Origin: an uncultured virus (IMG/VR IMGVR_UViG_3300030508_000022)
Lineage: Duplodnaviria > Heunggongvirae > Uroviricota > Caudoviricetes
Length of the DNA: 64,000 bases
Reading direction: 5' to 3' (one strand)
Virus record (IMG/VR): IMGVR_UViG_3300030508_000022
Coordinates: 1-64,000 of that record
Shown here piece after piece: positions 29,485-38,760 of this stretch. The stretch's first letter is position 1, and the number at the start of each line of letters is the position of its first letter. The notes under the pieces were generated by a model, which ran no database searches, was not told the DNA's origin, and saw only the letters and a list, made by a program, of their open reading frames with translations. The position numbers and the translations under genes are program-made.

Positions 29485-29883
29485 ATGAAAAACAATAAGC
29501 CCCTAACAGCTTACAGCAATAGTAAGCAATTCCTTTGCTGCGTAACTGGAGAAGTTATCCATCCCGAGCGGGTGGAGTATCTCCTTGGGGAGGGAGTATT
29601 AGAATACAACCTAACAAGTATCAATGGTGCCAACGCGACCTATAGGCCAAAAAAGATTATCGTTGTCGACGACGAAGGAACTGAGTTCTTTTGTGACAAG
29701 ATTGACGAAACTAGGGCCTGGTCAGAGGAGCGTTTTGGAGCAGATGCAGATGAAGATTCGATCCCAGAGGAGACTGAAAGAAAAGTCCCCAAAAAGATCG
29801 AAGAGGCTTCCCCTGCTCTGATTCATGAAAGTCTCGACGTTGTTATCAAAAAAGAGGATACTGAAGAGGATGATTTCTCGTAG
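29485..29883 (+). CDS. Hypothetical protein with degenerate DksA/TraR-like finger
   Basis: 'CCVTGEVIHPERVEYL' resembles CxxCGExIPxxRLEAL; acidic tail. Confidence 0.55.
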   Translation: MKNNKPLTAYSNSKQFLCCVTGEVIHPERVEYLLGEGVLEYNLTSINGANATYRPKKIIVVDDEGTEFFCDKIDETRAWSEERFGADADEDSIPEETERKVPKKIEEASPALIHESLDVVIKKEDTEEDDFS

Positions 29884-29993
29884 TCCAAATTTGTTTTTAT
29901 CCAAGGGCGGTGAACCTTCGTTTGCGAAGTTTCAGCCATCTAAATCCTTGATCTTTGATAAGTTGCCCACAATCAAACAAATCACACAAACAC

Positions 29994-30164
29994 ATGAACG
30001 GTCTAACGAATCTGATTCTATCAGTGACGGTCCTAGTGCTGACGGCAGCACTGTGCAAGAAACAACTTGTTGAGCTTGCAGAAGAACTAAGTGAAGTAAG
30101 CGCAGACACAGAGGTGGGTTCCGCCTCTACTATTACATTCCCATCGAAAGCTAAGGCTTCCTGA
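29994..30164 (+). CDS. Small membrane protein
   Basis: ATG after A/C-rich leader; hydrophobic N-terminus. Confidence 0.5.
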   Translation: MNGLTNLILSVTVLVLTAALCKKQLVELAEELSEVSADTEVGSASTITFPSKAKAS

Positions 30165-30292
30165 TGGCTGAGTGGACCTTCTTATTAACAGGGTCGGCTA
30201 TTTCCTTTGTAGTGGTGTGCATTCTTCGCAAGAAGGAAAAGACATCTTTCACGAAGAGCCAGCCTCGACCACAACCCATATTGCTTAACTAA
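30164..30292 (+). CDS. Small 42-aa membrane peptide
   Basis: MAEWTFLLTGSAISFVVVCILRKK; TGATG overlap with upstream gene, fills gap exactly. Confidence 0.5.
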   Translation: MAEWTFLLTGSAISFVVVCILRKKEKTSFTKSQPRPQPILLN

Positions 30293-30293
30293 A

Positions 30294-30551
30294 ATGTCAC
30301 ACTACAAAGAGAGAGTGGATGTCGGGTTTGTGGGAGGATACATTTTCTTCTACATCATAACTTGCAAGCTTTTGTTCGGTAAGATTCTTTGCCCATTCCT
30401 GTTTGCCGTATGGTTGACAGCTGGTTGGAGTATCTCTCGGTACATTGCAGATAAGTTTATTGTAGGGGCAGAAGACGTAAAGTTTTGGTCAGCTCTGGGG
30501 ATTTTCCTTGGAGTTCTTGGACTGGTGTCTCTAGCCTGGAACATAAAATAA
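30294..30551 (+). CDS. Small membrane protein
   Basis: Several hydrophobic segments. Confidence 0.6.
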   Translation: MSHYKERVDVGFVGGYIFFYIITCKLLFGKILCPFLFAVWLTAGWSISRYIADKFIVGAEDVKFWSALGIFLGVLGLVSLAWNIK

Positions 30552-30555
30552 AACC

Positions 30556-30891
30556 ATGTTTCCCGTACTAACATTATTCATTGCTCTTATTATCTTTGGT
30601 GACAAAGGAGTAAGTGCTATATTATATGTTGTGCAGGAAGCAGAAATCACAGCCCGAATGAGAGGTTATATCGAAGCACGTTACTCAGGTACTCCATTGG
30701 AGTACTTGATGAACTGCCGGTATTGCCTTTCATTCTGGGCTGCTTTTCTGGTTGCCTCCGCATTTTCCGCTTTCTCTTTGCTACTGGATATTTCTGTTCC
30801 AATCACTGCAGTTCTGTGTATATTGCTGACTCTAGTCATCTATGGCACACAACTCGAAAAACTAAAAAAGGAAGACAGCAGTGGACATTAA
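30556..30891 (+). CDS. DUF1360-like membrane protein
   Basis: 'LMNCRYCLSFWAA' CxxC-x2-FW motif between TM helices. Confidence 0.6.
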   Translation: MFPVLTLFIALIIFGDKGVSAILYVVQEAEITARMRGYIEARYSGTPLEYLMNCRYCLSFWAAFLVASAFSAFSLLLDISVPITAVLCILLTLVIYGTQLEKLKKEDSSGH

Positions 30892-31327
30892 AGATCTAAT
30901 AGACTGCCAGTTCGTTTCCGATATCTCCCAGTTGGGGGCGACTGTTGAATTCAAGACAATCTTGTATTCTCCTGTGTCTATGCAGATGGAGCATGTAACC
31001 ATTTCGTGCCCAATGTCTGGGAACTACATCCTAACGGATGCGGCAAAAATAATTGAGGGTGATGTAGGTGTTCCAGAGGAGAGGCACAAGGATTTACTCG
31101 TCCAAGTGTTCTCTTCCCTGGAGCAGTCTACAGGGGTCAGTAAGTTGATCGACAAAAAACAAATATTACCAGATTCTTTTGATTCACGGATGCAGGAATT
31201 GGCGCTGAAGTTCCTAGGGGATCTCAGCGAAGAGGAACTAAAAAAAGACTCAGAAGAGCTAAAGTTCTCATTCCTACACCTTTGTTCAAAAAACTTCCAA
31301 GACTCATATGTCCGATACACCAGTTGA
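30881..31327 (+). CDS. Hypothetical protein
   Basis: 148-aa ORF, overlapping neighbours. Confidence 0.6.
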   Translation: MDIKDLIDCQFVSDISQLGATVEFKTILYSPVSMQMEHVTISCPMSGNYILTDAAKIIEGDVGVPEERHKDLLVQVFSSLEQSTGVSKLIDKKQILPDSFDSRMQELALKFLGDLSEEELKKDSEELKFSFLHLCSKNFQDSYVRYTS

Positions 31328-31697
31328 TAATCAAGAAAACGTAGCACAACAGCCACCAGCCCCAGGGGTTATAAGCGACCAGGAGGTTGCAGGAGTGCAG
31401 GCAATGATAGCCTCGAGGCTAGCAGCGAGCATCTCTCCAATGATTGCCAGGGAGCTTATGACAGGCAAGATATCATTTGCTGCCCTCACTGTGGTGGTAG
31501 ATGATAAATACAGTGGTACATTCCCATTCTATCAGATCGCTCCACAAACAGCCTCTGAGCAGGATAAGTTTGGAATCAAACTAAGCAACATCAAGTCAAC
31601 AATGTTGGCTGCTGTAGAGTTTGCCAAAGTGCTAGGGTTTTTCAAAAATAAAGTAGCAAGATCCTTTGATGAAGGATATCTCGATCCACCCAAATAA
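31308..31697 (+). CDS. Hypothetical protein
   Basis: 129-aa ORF. Confidence 0.6.
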   Translation: MSDTPVDNQENVAQQPPAPGVISDQEVAGVQAMIASRLAASISPMIARELMTGKISFAALTVVVDDKYSGTFPFYQIAPQTASEQDKFGIKLSNIKSTMLAAVEFAKVLGFFKNKVARSFDEGYLDPPK

Positions 31698-31700
31698 CAA

Positions 31701-33437
31701 ATGTCATCCTCAATTCTAAGAGATTATGTTCTTTCCAGAATACCGATAGTTTGGGTGTATAGCATTGAGGAAGATAGGCTCTTGCAACAAGAGGCCAACT
31801 TCCTGCTAGACAAGGGTACAACCAATAGGGTGTACATTTACGATGCTAGCAACACCATTTATGACTTTCAGAAACGTGGGGGTAAGCCTCAGGTAATGGA
31901 GGTTGGTGGCCCTACCGAGGCTATCAGTGAATTTATCAAGCCCTCGAGATTCAAGTTTGAGGACTTTGTTGTAGATAAACAATGTACGTGGGATTTAAAT
32001 GACAATGGGTTTCCATCTAAATCTATCATGGTACTTCTTGACGCCGCTTTCCATATGGTGGATTCAAACAACGTCAAGCACACCAACGCAAGGCTGACTC
32101 GCGCAATTAAGTCAGCTGCTCAGGAGTTGATTAAGCAACAAAAGAGTTTGGTGTTTGTGAATCACCACACAGATATTCCTATCGAATTAGAAAACATCGT
32201 CACTTATGTTGAGCACAAGCTCCCAGATGTGAAGATGATGAAATCCATCGTCAGGAGCAGCCAGGGTGCTTTGATCTCAGAGTCTATCCCAAAGATTACT
32301 CTTACAGATGAAGAGCAGGGGGTGATTGCTCAACAGCTCACTGGACTGACTAAGTGGCAGGCAGAGAATGTCCTGTCTTTGGCAAACAGAGAGAATGCAA
32401 TCGACATAACCTATGGCACTGGAGATAAGCCGCCTAGAACCTTTAAGGGGGAAGTACTCCGAAGAGAGAAGGCTAGGCTCATCCAGAAGTCAGGAGTTCT
32501 GAAGATCATAGAAGTTAATCAGGGGCTAAGCTCTGTTGGTGGCATGGAGAATCTGAAGGCGTGGGCAAAGGATAGGGAGTTGATATTTAGTCAGGGGGCC
32601 AGGGATGACGGAATTGATCTTCCAAGGGGCATATGGGTTGTAGGCCCATCTGGAGTTGGTAAGACTCATGTAGCACAAGCGCTAGCTAAAGAATGGGATA
32701 GAACTATCCTTAGGTTAGATGTGGCTGCTTGTATGGGTAGCTTGCTTGGGGAATCCGAGGGAAAATTGTTGCGTGCCCTAGGTGATGCTGAAGCACAAGC
32801 ACCATGTATTCTCTTTATTGACGAGGCTGAGAAGCTGATGGCAGGCGCTAGTGGAGTAGTTAGCGATGGGGGTACATTTCAGAGAATGTATGGCACATGG
32901 CTTACTTGGAATCAATCTAGGAAAGCAGATGTATTTGTTGTTTGCACAACTAATAGCGTACAAGATGTCCCAGCTCCCGCACTTAGAAAAGGTAGGGTAG
33001 ATGAAATATTCTACGTAGGTCTACCAGGCCTAAAGCAGAGAGTGGACATCTTCAACATCCACCTAAACAAAAGAGGGTGGAATCCAGAGGAGTATGGAAT
33101 TGATCTTGGCTTACTAGCCATGAAGACTCCACACCGAACTGGATCAGAGATTGAGCAAATTGTAAACGAGGGGCTAATTAGAAAAGGAAAGGCGATTGGG
33201 TTTGGAAAATCCAACCCCATCAAAACAGATTATTTCCTTGATGCAATTGGCGATGTAAAGATCATGGCAGAGCTAAACCCAGATGAGGCTTCTGGATTGT
33301 TCAAGTGGGCTAAATCAAGGGGGGTTATGATGGCAAATGCAGACGATGATTTGACGCCACCCAAAAAATCTTTCTTGAGTAAGACAGGAAAGCCTGATCC
33401 AATGGAACCCATCAAAATTAACGAAGAGGAGTTATAA
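31701..33437 (+). CDS. Ycf46-like AAA+ ATPase
   Basis: 'VGGMENLKAW', Walker A GPSGVGKT, Walker B ILFIDEAEK, 'LRKGRVDEIFYVGLP', N-term 'IPIVWVYSIEEDR'. Confidence 0.9.
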   Translation: MSSSILRDYVLSRIPIVWVYSIEEDRLLQQEANFLLDKGTTNRVYIYDASNTIYDFQKRGGKPQVMEVGGPTEAISEFIKPSRFKFEDFVVDKQCTWDLNDNGFPSKSIMVLLDAAFHMVDSNNVKHTNARLTRAIKSAAQELIKQQKSLVFVNHHTDIPIELENIVTYVEHKLPDVKMMKSIVRSSQGALISESIPKITLTDEEQGVIAQQLTGLTKWQAENVLSLANRENAIDITYGTGDKPPRTFKGEVLRREKARLIQKSGVLKIIEVNQGLSSVGGMENLKAWAKDRELIFSQGARDDGIDLPRGIWVVGPSGVGKTHVAQALAKEWDRTILRLDVAACMGSLLGESEGKLLRALGDAEAQAPCILFIDEAEKLMAGASGVVSDGGTFQRMYGTWLTWNQSRKADVFVVCTTNSVQDVPAPALRKGRVDEIFYVGLPGLKQRVDIFNIHLNKRGWNPEEYGIDLGLLAMKTPHRTGSEIEQIVNEGLIRKGKAIGFGKSNPIKTDYFLDAIGDVKIMAELNPDEASGLFKWAKSRGVMMANADDDLTPPKKSFLSKTGKPDPMEPIKINEEEL

Positions 33438-33444
33438 CAAAAAT

Positions 33445-33834
33445 ATGTCACATATGAGAGCAATGGCCCTGCCTGAAATCAGGGACCTAGATACACTTCA
33501 AAAAGCCTGCAAACGGCTTGGTGGAGTTTTGGATACAGAAGCCAAGCAAGCTAAGTTCTATGCAGGGCAACAAAAGGGGTGCGATGCTGTGATTAAGTTC
33601 TCAGATAGCACATACGAGATAGCAGTAATCAAAAACGAAAATGGAGTGTATGAGATCGAGGCAGATCTGTATGACTCAAGGCTTCGCGCCATCGTTGGCA
33701 AAGACTGCTCTCTACTTAGTCAAGCATTCCAGATTGAGCAACACCGCAAAATCGCCAGGAATCAGGGGTATGAAGTTATCGAAAGGACAAACCCCAAGAA
33801 TGGTAACATCAAGCTGACAATTGAACGCCGATGA
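33445..33834 (+). CDS. DUF1257 (Ycf35-like) protein
   Basis: 'MSH...EIRDLDTLQKACKRLG...NGNIKLTI'; follows Ycf46 ATPase. Confidence 0.75.
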   Translation: MSHMRAMALPEIRDLDTLQKACKRLGGVLDTEAKQAKFYAGQQKGCDAVIKFSDSTYEIAVIKNENGVYEIEADLYDSRLRAIVGKDCSLLSQAFQIEQHRKIARNQGYEVIERTNPKNGNIKLTIERR

Positions 33835-34028
33835 GTGTAGAAACTATCGAAATCGAAATAACCCCAGAGGGGGTAGCTAGTATTGAAGCATTTGGGTTTA
33901 CTGGAGATGGCTGCAAAGCTGCCACCAAGGCACACGAAGCTATCTACAAGGAAGAAATTAGCAGTAAGGATAAACCCGAGCTGCACATGGGGACAAAAGT
34001 CTCCACTAAATCAAATGTCTCAAGATAA
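33831..34028 (+). CDS. DUF2997 protein
   Basis: 'IEIEITPEGVASIEAFGFTGDGCKAAT...KPE'. Confidence 0.8.
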   Translation: MSVETIEIEITPEGVASIEAFGFTGDGCKAATKAHEAIYKEEISSKDKPELHMGTKVSTKSNVSR

Positions 34029-34287
34029 AGAGATATCAATGATATTCGCCACTGATGGAACTGTTAAGTCAGTCTATCATGACGAATTGAGTATTTTTGA
34101 TCAAGGCCGCGTCAACAACTGTCGTGTGACAGATGTTGAATTCGATAACGAATCCCAAGAGTGGGTTGCGACCTTGATTAAGACGGGGCAAGTAATTGCC
34201 AAAGGTAAGAGCAGAAACGAAGTCCTAGCCCAGGAAGTATCTATTGTAGATGCCCTCCTGTTTGATGGACAAGACATACACCCATAA
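34015..34287 (+). CDS. Conserved hypothetical partner of the DUF2997 cluster
   Basis: ATG 34015; 'DGTVKSVY...RVTDVEFD...W...R.EVLAQE'. Confidence 0.6.
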   Translation: MSQDKEISMIFATDGTVKSVYHDELSIFDQGRVNNCRVTDVEFDNESQEWVATLIKTGQVIAKGKSRNEVLAQEVSIVDALLFDGQDIHP

Positions 34288-34302
34288 ACACAAACAAACA
34301 AA

Positions 34303-34578
34303 ATGGAAAAAACACCAGAACCACGGTCCGAACAAGAAGTCCTCTGTGATATCGTTAGCCTCCTTGAGTCTAACAAGATCACTCAAAACGCAGATATTGC
34401 GTATATCTGCAGTCGCCTACTCAATCCCGACAAGATTCGTGGAGTGAAGCGCTCTGTCACGATGAAGCGCCAGAAGCAGTACCAGGCTTTCCAGGTCATG
34501 CTGGCTGGTATGGGCAAGCGTGCATCCAAGACGGTTTCTTCTTCTCCTAAGAAGAAAGCGGCCAAAGCATCTCGCTAA
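34303..34578 (+). CDS. Hypothetical basic protein
   Basis: 91 aa, Lys-rich tail, A/C-rich leader. Confidence 0.6.
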   Translation: MEKTPEPRSEQEVLCDIVSLLESNKITQNADIAYICSRLLNPDKIRGVKRSVTMKRQKQYQAFQVMLAGMGKRASKTVSSSPKKKAAKASR

Positions 34579-34592
34579 ATCCAAAGCTGAGG

Positions 34593-34623
34593 GCGGGGCA
34601 TCCATAGGGGTGCCCCGCTTTTT
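34593..34623 (+). terminator. Rho-independent terminator
   Basis: gcggggcatcc/gggtgccccgc stem + T tract. Confidence 0.8.
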
Positions 34624-34628
34624 GCGTC

Positions 34629-35750
34629 ATGATTAAAATAGCACACATTTCAGATTTACATATCGGTAGTCACCAGTGGGGTAATGTCGGTAGACAAAAA
34701 CACCACGGCAAGAATTTACACAAGCTCGCAGATGAGCTTAAGGATTACGACATCGTGATGATAACTGGAGATGTGTTTGACTCTCCAGAGCCTAGCCCAC
34801 TAGATGTGATCCAGTGGATATACTTCTGCCGAGACCTAAAGGGGTTTGGAGCAGAACTGATAGTTAATGTGGGGAATCACGATATGGTTGTCGGATCTGA
34901 GTATCAGTGGGTAGAGACTGGACTACTTGAGGAGCGTGATATTCACAAGGAGAAATCTGGTGATCTGCACGACACCATATTGGGGATTAAAATACTAAAT
35001 CTTAGTTATATACACAAAAAACAAATTAAAGATGTAATTAATAATATACCGGATGGAATGGACATTATTATGATGCATCAGTCAGCCGCTGGATTCTTAC
35101 CATCAATTGCTAGGCCGCAGCTAGACGAAGAAGATCTCGCAGAGCTTTCAAAGAAGTGCAAATACTTGGCATTAGGCGATCTTCACATTCACAAGATCAT
35201 GAAGCTATCTAATGGGTGTACTGCCGCATATCCTGGTACAAACTTCTTCTTGAAGTTGGGTGAGGAATGCAACGACTTCAAGTTCTTGGAGATCCAGTTC
35301 GACGAAACAAAAAAGAAGGTTTCAAAGATCAAATCCATTCCATATTCTCCAGATCAAGCCTCCTATGTAATAAACCTATTTGAATCAAGTAGCGTACTAG
35401 GTATTGTTGCTAAAGATCCATTTGCTTTTTACATTGTCAGATATACTCCCGCTCAAGAGGATGAAGCTAGGGGGCTAGTTTCTGAAGTCAACAAACACTT
35501 CCCAGGAGCTATCATTCACCTACATAGAGATAAGCCTCCAAAGGTGGCAGACTCCCTAGAGAGCGACAGTGAGGTTACGGAAGATACAGACTTCATATCT
35601 CTTGTAGAAAAAGAGAATAGCCTGGAACAGAGGGATGTAGATCTCGTTAGTGAGATATGGAACAACCCCTCTACAGATAATATAGCTGCAATCCTTGAAA
35701 AGGACTTAACCGAAACGATTCATGAAGCTCAGACACTACACAGCAAATAG
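34629..35750 (+). CDS. SbcD/Mre11 (gp47-like) nuclease
   Basis: 'HISDLHIG', 'TGDVFD', 'GNHD', 'ALGDLH', 'YPGT'. Confidence 0.92.
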   Translation: MIKIAHISDLHIGSHQWGNVGRQKHHGKNLHKLADELKDYDIVMITGDVFDSPEPSPLDVIQWIYFCRDLKGFGAELIVNVGNHDMVVGSEYQWVETGLLEERDIHKEKSGDLHDTILGIKILNLSYIHKKQIKDVINNIPDGMDIIMMHQSAAGFLPSIARPQLDEEDLAELSKKCKYLALGDLHIHKIMKLSNGCTAAYPGTNFFLKLGEECNDFKFLEIQFDETKKKVSKIKSIPYSPDQASYVINLFESSSVLGIVAKDPFAFYIVRYTPAQEDEARGLVSEVNKHFPGAIIHLHRDKPPKVADSLESDSEVTEDTDFISLVEKENSLEQRDVDLVSEIWNNPSTDNIAAILEKDLTETIHEAQTLHSK

Positions 35751-36006
35751 TCACGCACTAGATCTTCTAAATGGAGTAATGGTGTTATTCTCATATGAGA
35801 CTCCAGTGGCGCTAAAGAGTGGTGACACTATCTACCGCTCCTCAACTAAGTACAGCCCTACAACAGGCAAACACATAACTGTGTGGAGACGTAGATTTGG
35901 TTATAACACGCCATTCCTAGAAGTATCTCCAGAAAGATTAGAGAGACTCATAGAAGAGAGGGCTAGGATGTTTTGTCTATACGACAACAGCGATGAAAAT
36001 AACTAG
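35722..36006 (+). CDS. Hypothetical phage protein
   Basis: 'LFSYETPVA...YSPTTGKHI' motif; sits between SbcD and SbcC. Confidence 0.65.
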   Translation: MKLRHYTANSHALDLLNGVMVLFSYETPVALKSGDTIYRSSTKYSPTTGKHITVWRRRFGYNTPFLEVSPERLERLIEERARMFCLYDNSDENN

Positions 36007-37780
36007 AGTAGAACTAAAAAACGTCACTCAGCATAGAGATGTCAATATCGATATCCATGATAACGTCGTTGGCATTATTGGTCAGAATGGATCAGGCAAA
36101 AGTAATTTTGCCTCTTCCATATCTATTGCTGTAACTGGGGAGTTTGGAAAAAAGAAGAAGGACCTGATTACTTATGGAGAGAAAACTGGCTCAATAGAGG
36201 TAAGTGGTATTATCAAAGATGTGCCATTTGTAATTAACAGGAATCTACACAACAACGAAGCATCGTTGGAGTATGGATCGGACACTATCAACGGATCAGA
36301 CGCTGTTACGGATAAGATGTTGGAACTACTGGGGTGCGACAAGTCATTCCTTCCCAATATGGTATTTGTTACTCAGCAGGATATTTTGGGGCTCTTATTT
36401 GGCAGGGCCGCTGAGAGGAATAAGATGCTCCAGAAGTTCTTTGGGTTAGAGAAGGCTGCAAAGATTGAGCAGCTAATTGGACGTTGGAAGTCAAACATCC
36501 CATACCCTGCAATAATTGACGAAAGCCAAGCTAGGGCTGCTATTGAGAGTGTCTCTAAGATGAAGAAAAATCTCGAGGCAGAGCTAGGTGAAAGGAGGGA
36601 TAAAATCTCGTCTCTTCGTGAATTTCTTGACTCTGCAAATGAGGATAAGATTCTTTCCAACAAGAAGAGGGCATTGCGCAAAGAGTCAATTGAAGCAAAG
36701 ATAGAGGAGAAGATCGCTTACAAAGAGTCTCTGTCTAATAGCTTAAAATCACTTACTATTCCCAAGGTAACTAACCTAGACATAGAAAATATCAAAGAAA
36801 GGTTGGCTAGTGCAGTCAAGGAGTCTGGAGGGATCAAGGAGATGATCAAGATTCTTGATGCAGCCAGTTGCTCTCACGACAAAAGTGGCGATTGCTCTAT
36901 ATGTGGGAACAAGTTGACAGAAGATATTGTAGAATCAATGGGTAGAAGGCTTGAGGAATCTCGTAAGGCATCATCCAAGATAGATAGAACCATCTTTGCT
37001 ATATCAAAAGAGTTAGAAGATGCTTCTAGCGAGTTGTCATCGTATGAGACCAAGAGGGATCAATATACTGCCAACATAGATAGCGCCAATACAGCTATTG
37101 AGGTTTTGAAAAAAGAGCTAGAAGATAATCAATGGCCAAAGCACTCATCTGAAGCGTACGAAGGTGGGCTGATGAATATACGAGATGCTCGCACAGAGAT
37201 GAGCAATGCAGAGGAACAGGCAAGTATAATAATCTCCTCCATTGGTGGATTAGTTGATCAGATTGCTCAGCACGAAAAAGACCTAGAGTCTGCCAAGACT
37301 GTGGGACTCAAGTATTCTGGGACTAAGATTCATGAGTCTAGGATTTCTAGGGTTAGAGATGTATTTAGGCATGATGGCATTAGTGGCCTTTATGTAAATT
37401 CCAAGATGAACCAAATGTGTTCATCTATTAACCAATACCTACAAAGCTTCGGAGCGCAATACCGAGTCAGTGTAGACAAAGATAATGATTTTGTGTGTGA
37501 CTTTGGATCCAAGAAGGTTCCAGCGTCAGACCTGTCTTGTGGACAAAAGGTAACACTATCTTTGGCATTTAGGTTTGCTGCTTGCGAGATCTTCTCGACA
37601 GGAGTGGACTTGATAGTCTTAGATGAACCAACCACATGGCTTGACAGAAACACCATTGCAAATTTTAAAGAAATCATCGAAAGTATTTCAGAACTCTCTG
37701 ATAGCCAGAACCTACAAATCCTGACTGTTACTCACGAGAGATCTCTGATCCCATACTTTAGACAAACAATCGAATTCTGA
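35993..37780 (+). CDS. SbcC/Rad50 (gp46-like) ATPase
   Basis: GQNGSGKS, coiled coil with CSICG hook, LSCGQ signature, LVLDEPT-type Walker B, VTH. Confidence 0.93.
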   Translation: MKITRVELKNVTQHRDVNIDIHDNVVGIIGQNGSGKSNFASSISIAVTGEFGKKKKDLITYGEKTGSIEVSGIIKDVPFVINRNLHNNEASLEYGSDTINGSDAVTDKMLELLGCDKSFLPNMVFVTQQDILGLLFGRAAERNKMLQKFFGLEKAAKIEQLIGRWKSNIPYPAIIDESQARAAIESVSKMKKNLEAELGERRDKISSLREFLDSANEDKILSNKKRALRKESIEAKIEEKIAYKESLSNSLKSLTIPKVTNLDIENIKERLASAVKESGGIKEMIKILDAASCSHDKSGDCSICGNKLTEDIVESMGRRLEESRKASSKIDRTIFAISKELEDASSELSSYETKRDQYTANIDSANTAIEVLKKELEDNQWPKHSSEAYEGGLMNIRDARTEMSNAEEQASIIISSIGGLVDQIAQHEKDLESAKTVGLKYSGTKIHESRISRVRDVFRHDGISGLYVNSKMNQMCSSINQYLQSFGAQYRVSVDKDNDFVCDFGSKKVPASDLSCGQKVTLSLAFRFAACEIFSTGVDLIVLDEPTTWLDRNTIANFKEIIESISELSDSQNLQILTVTHERSLIPYFRQTIEF

Positions 37781-37922
37781 TGGAAACAGAAAATGATGAT
37801 AATGAAGAAGATAATCGGTGCCCTATTTGCGATAATATATATCCACACAACCACAACGAGCAGACGTGGAAGGAGTTTGATGACTTTTGGAGCAAATTAG
37901 GGAGCGAAAATAAAAAATAACC

Positions 37923-38594
37923 ATGATACAAGTAATCGTAGACATCGAAACAGAACCTCTCTCAAGAGAGGAGATAGAGGCAGTAATGCCTGAGATCAAG
38001 GCAGCAGGGAACCTCAAGGACCCAGTAAAGATTGCTGCTGATATTGAAGATAAGAAGGCTAAGTTCTATGACCAAGCAGCCCTAAATCCACTCACAGCAA
38101 AAGTGTGTGCAGTGGGTGTCTGGGAAGTAGGCAAGGCGTCTCCAGTACTACATCACTCAAAGGACGAGAAAGACCTGATAACGGTATTCTCTAATCTGTG
38201 TGTTGGCAATGTCAGCGGTGTTCCAGAGATTGAGATAATTACATTCAATGGTATCTCATTCGATATTCCATTCTTGTGTAGGAGAGCCCTGAAGTATGGC
38301 AAGAACCTATTCCCATGGTTCTTCGGCATTGATGGTTCTCTTTCCAGGAATGCGCCATTGATTGACTTGGCTGCTATTTGGGACTGCCGTAGAAAAGATT
38401 ACGTCAGTCTGAATGAGCTGTCTATCCACCTAGGGAATGGAACCAAGACAAAGAGCAAGGAATTGTTCTGGCAGACACTCAAGCGAGATGTGAAAGAGGC
38501 TGAGGCTTATCTCACACACGATCTGAGTCTGACCTACGAAAATGCAAAATCCATGGGACTTATCAATGACCCACCTGAACGCACTGGAACCTAA
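37923..38594 (+). CDS. DEDD 3'-5' exonuclease (PolB-exo-like)
   Basis: ExoI 'VDIETE', ExoII 'TFNGISFDIPFL', ExoIII 'YLTHD'. Confidence 0.88.
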   Translation: MIQVIVDIETEPLSREEIEAVMPEIKAAGNLKDPVKIAADIEDKKAKFYDQAALNPLTAKVCAVGVWEVGKASPVLHHSKDEKDLITVFSNLCVGNVSGVPEIEIITFNGISFDIPFLCRRALKYGKNLFPWFFGIDGSLSRNAPLIDLAAIWDCRRKDYVSLNELSIHLGNGTKTKSKELFWQTLKRDVKEAEAYLTHDLSLTYENAKSMGLINDPPERTGT

Positions 38595-38657
38595 GACAGC
38601 ATTCAAGTTGTTCAGAAAAAAGGCTAATGGAGATATCACGTCTCTGTCAAATTGAGT

Positions 38658-38686
38658 TGATCAGGCCGCAGATACAGGGTAGTGTC
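38658..38686 (+). promoter_or_regulatory. Sigma-70-type promoter candidate
   Basis: TTGATC-N17-TAGTGT upstream of glycosyltransferase. Confidence 0.4.
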
Positions 38687-38760
38687 TGGTACCTTGCCAA
38701 CTGAATAAAAGTAATTGGACCGGTAAATACACAAAAACACAAGAAGATCGTAAAAACAAA

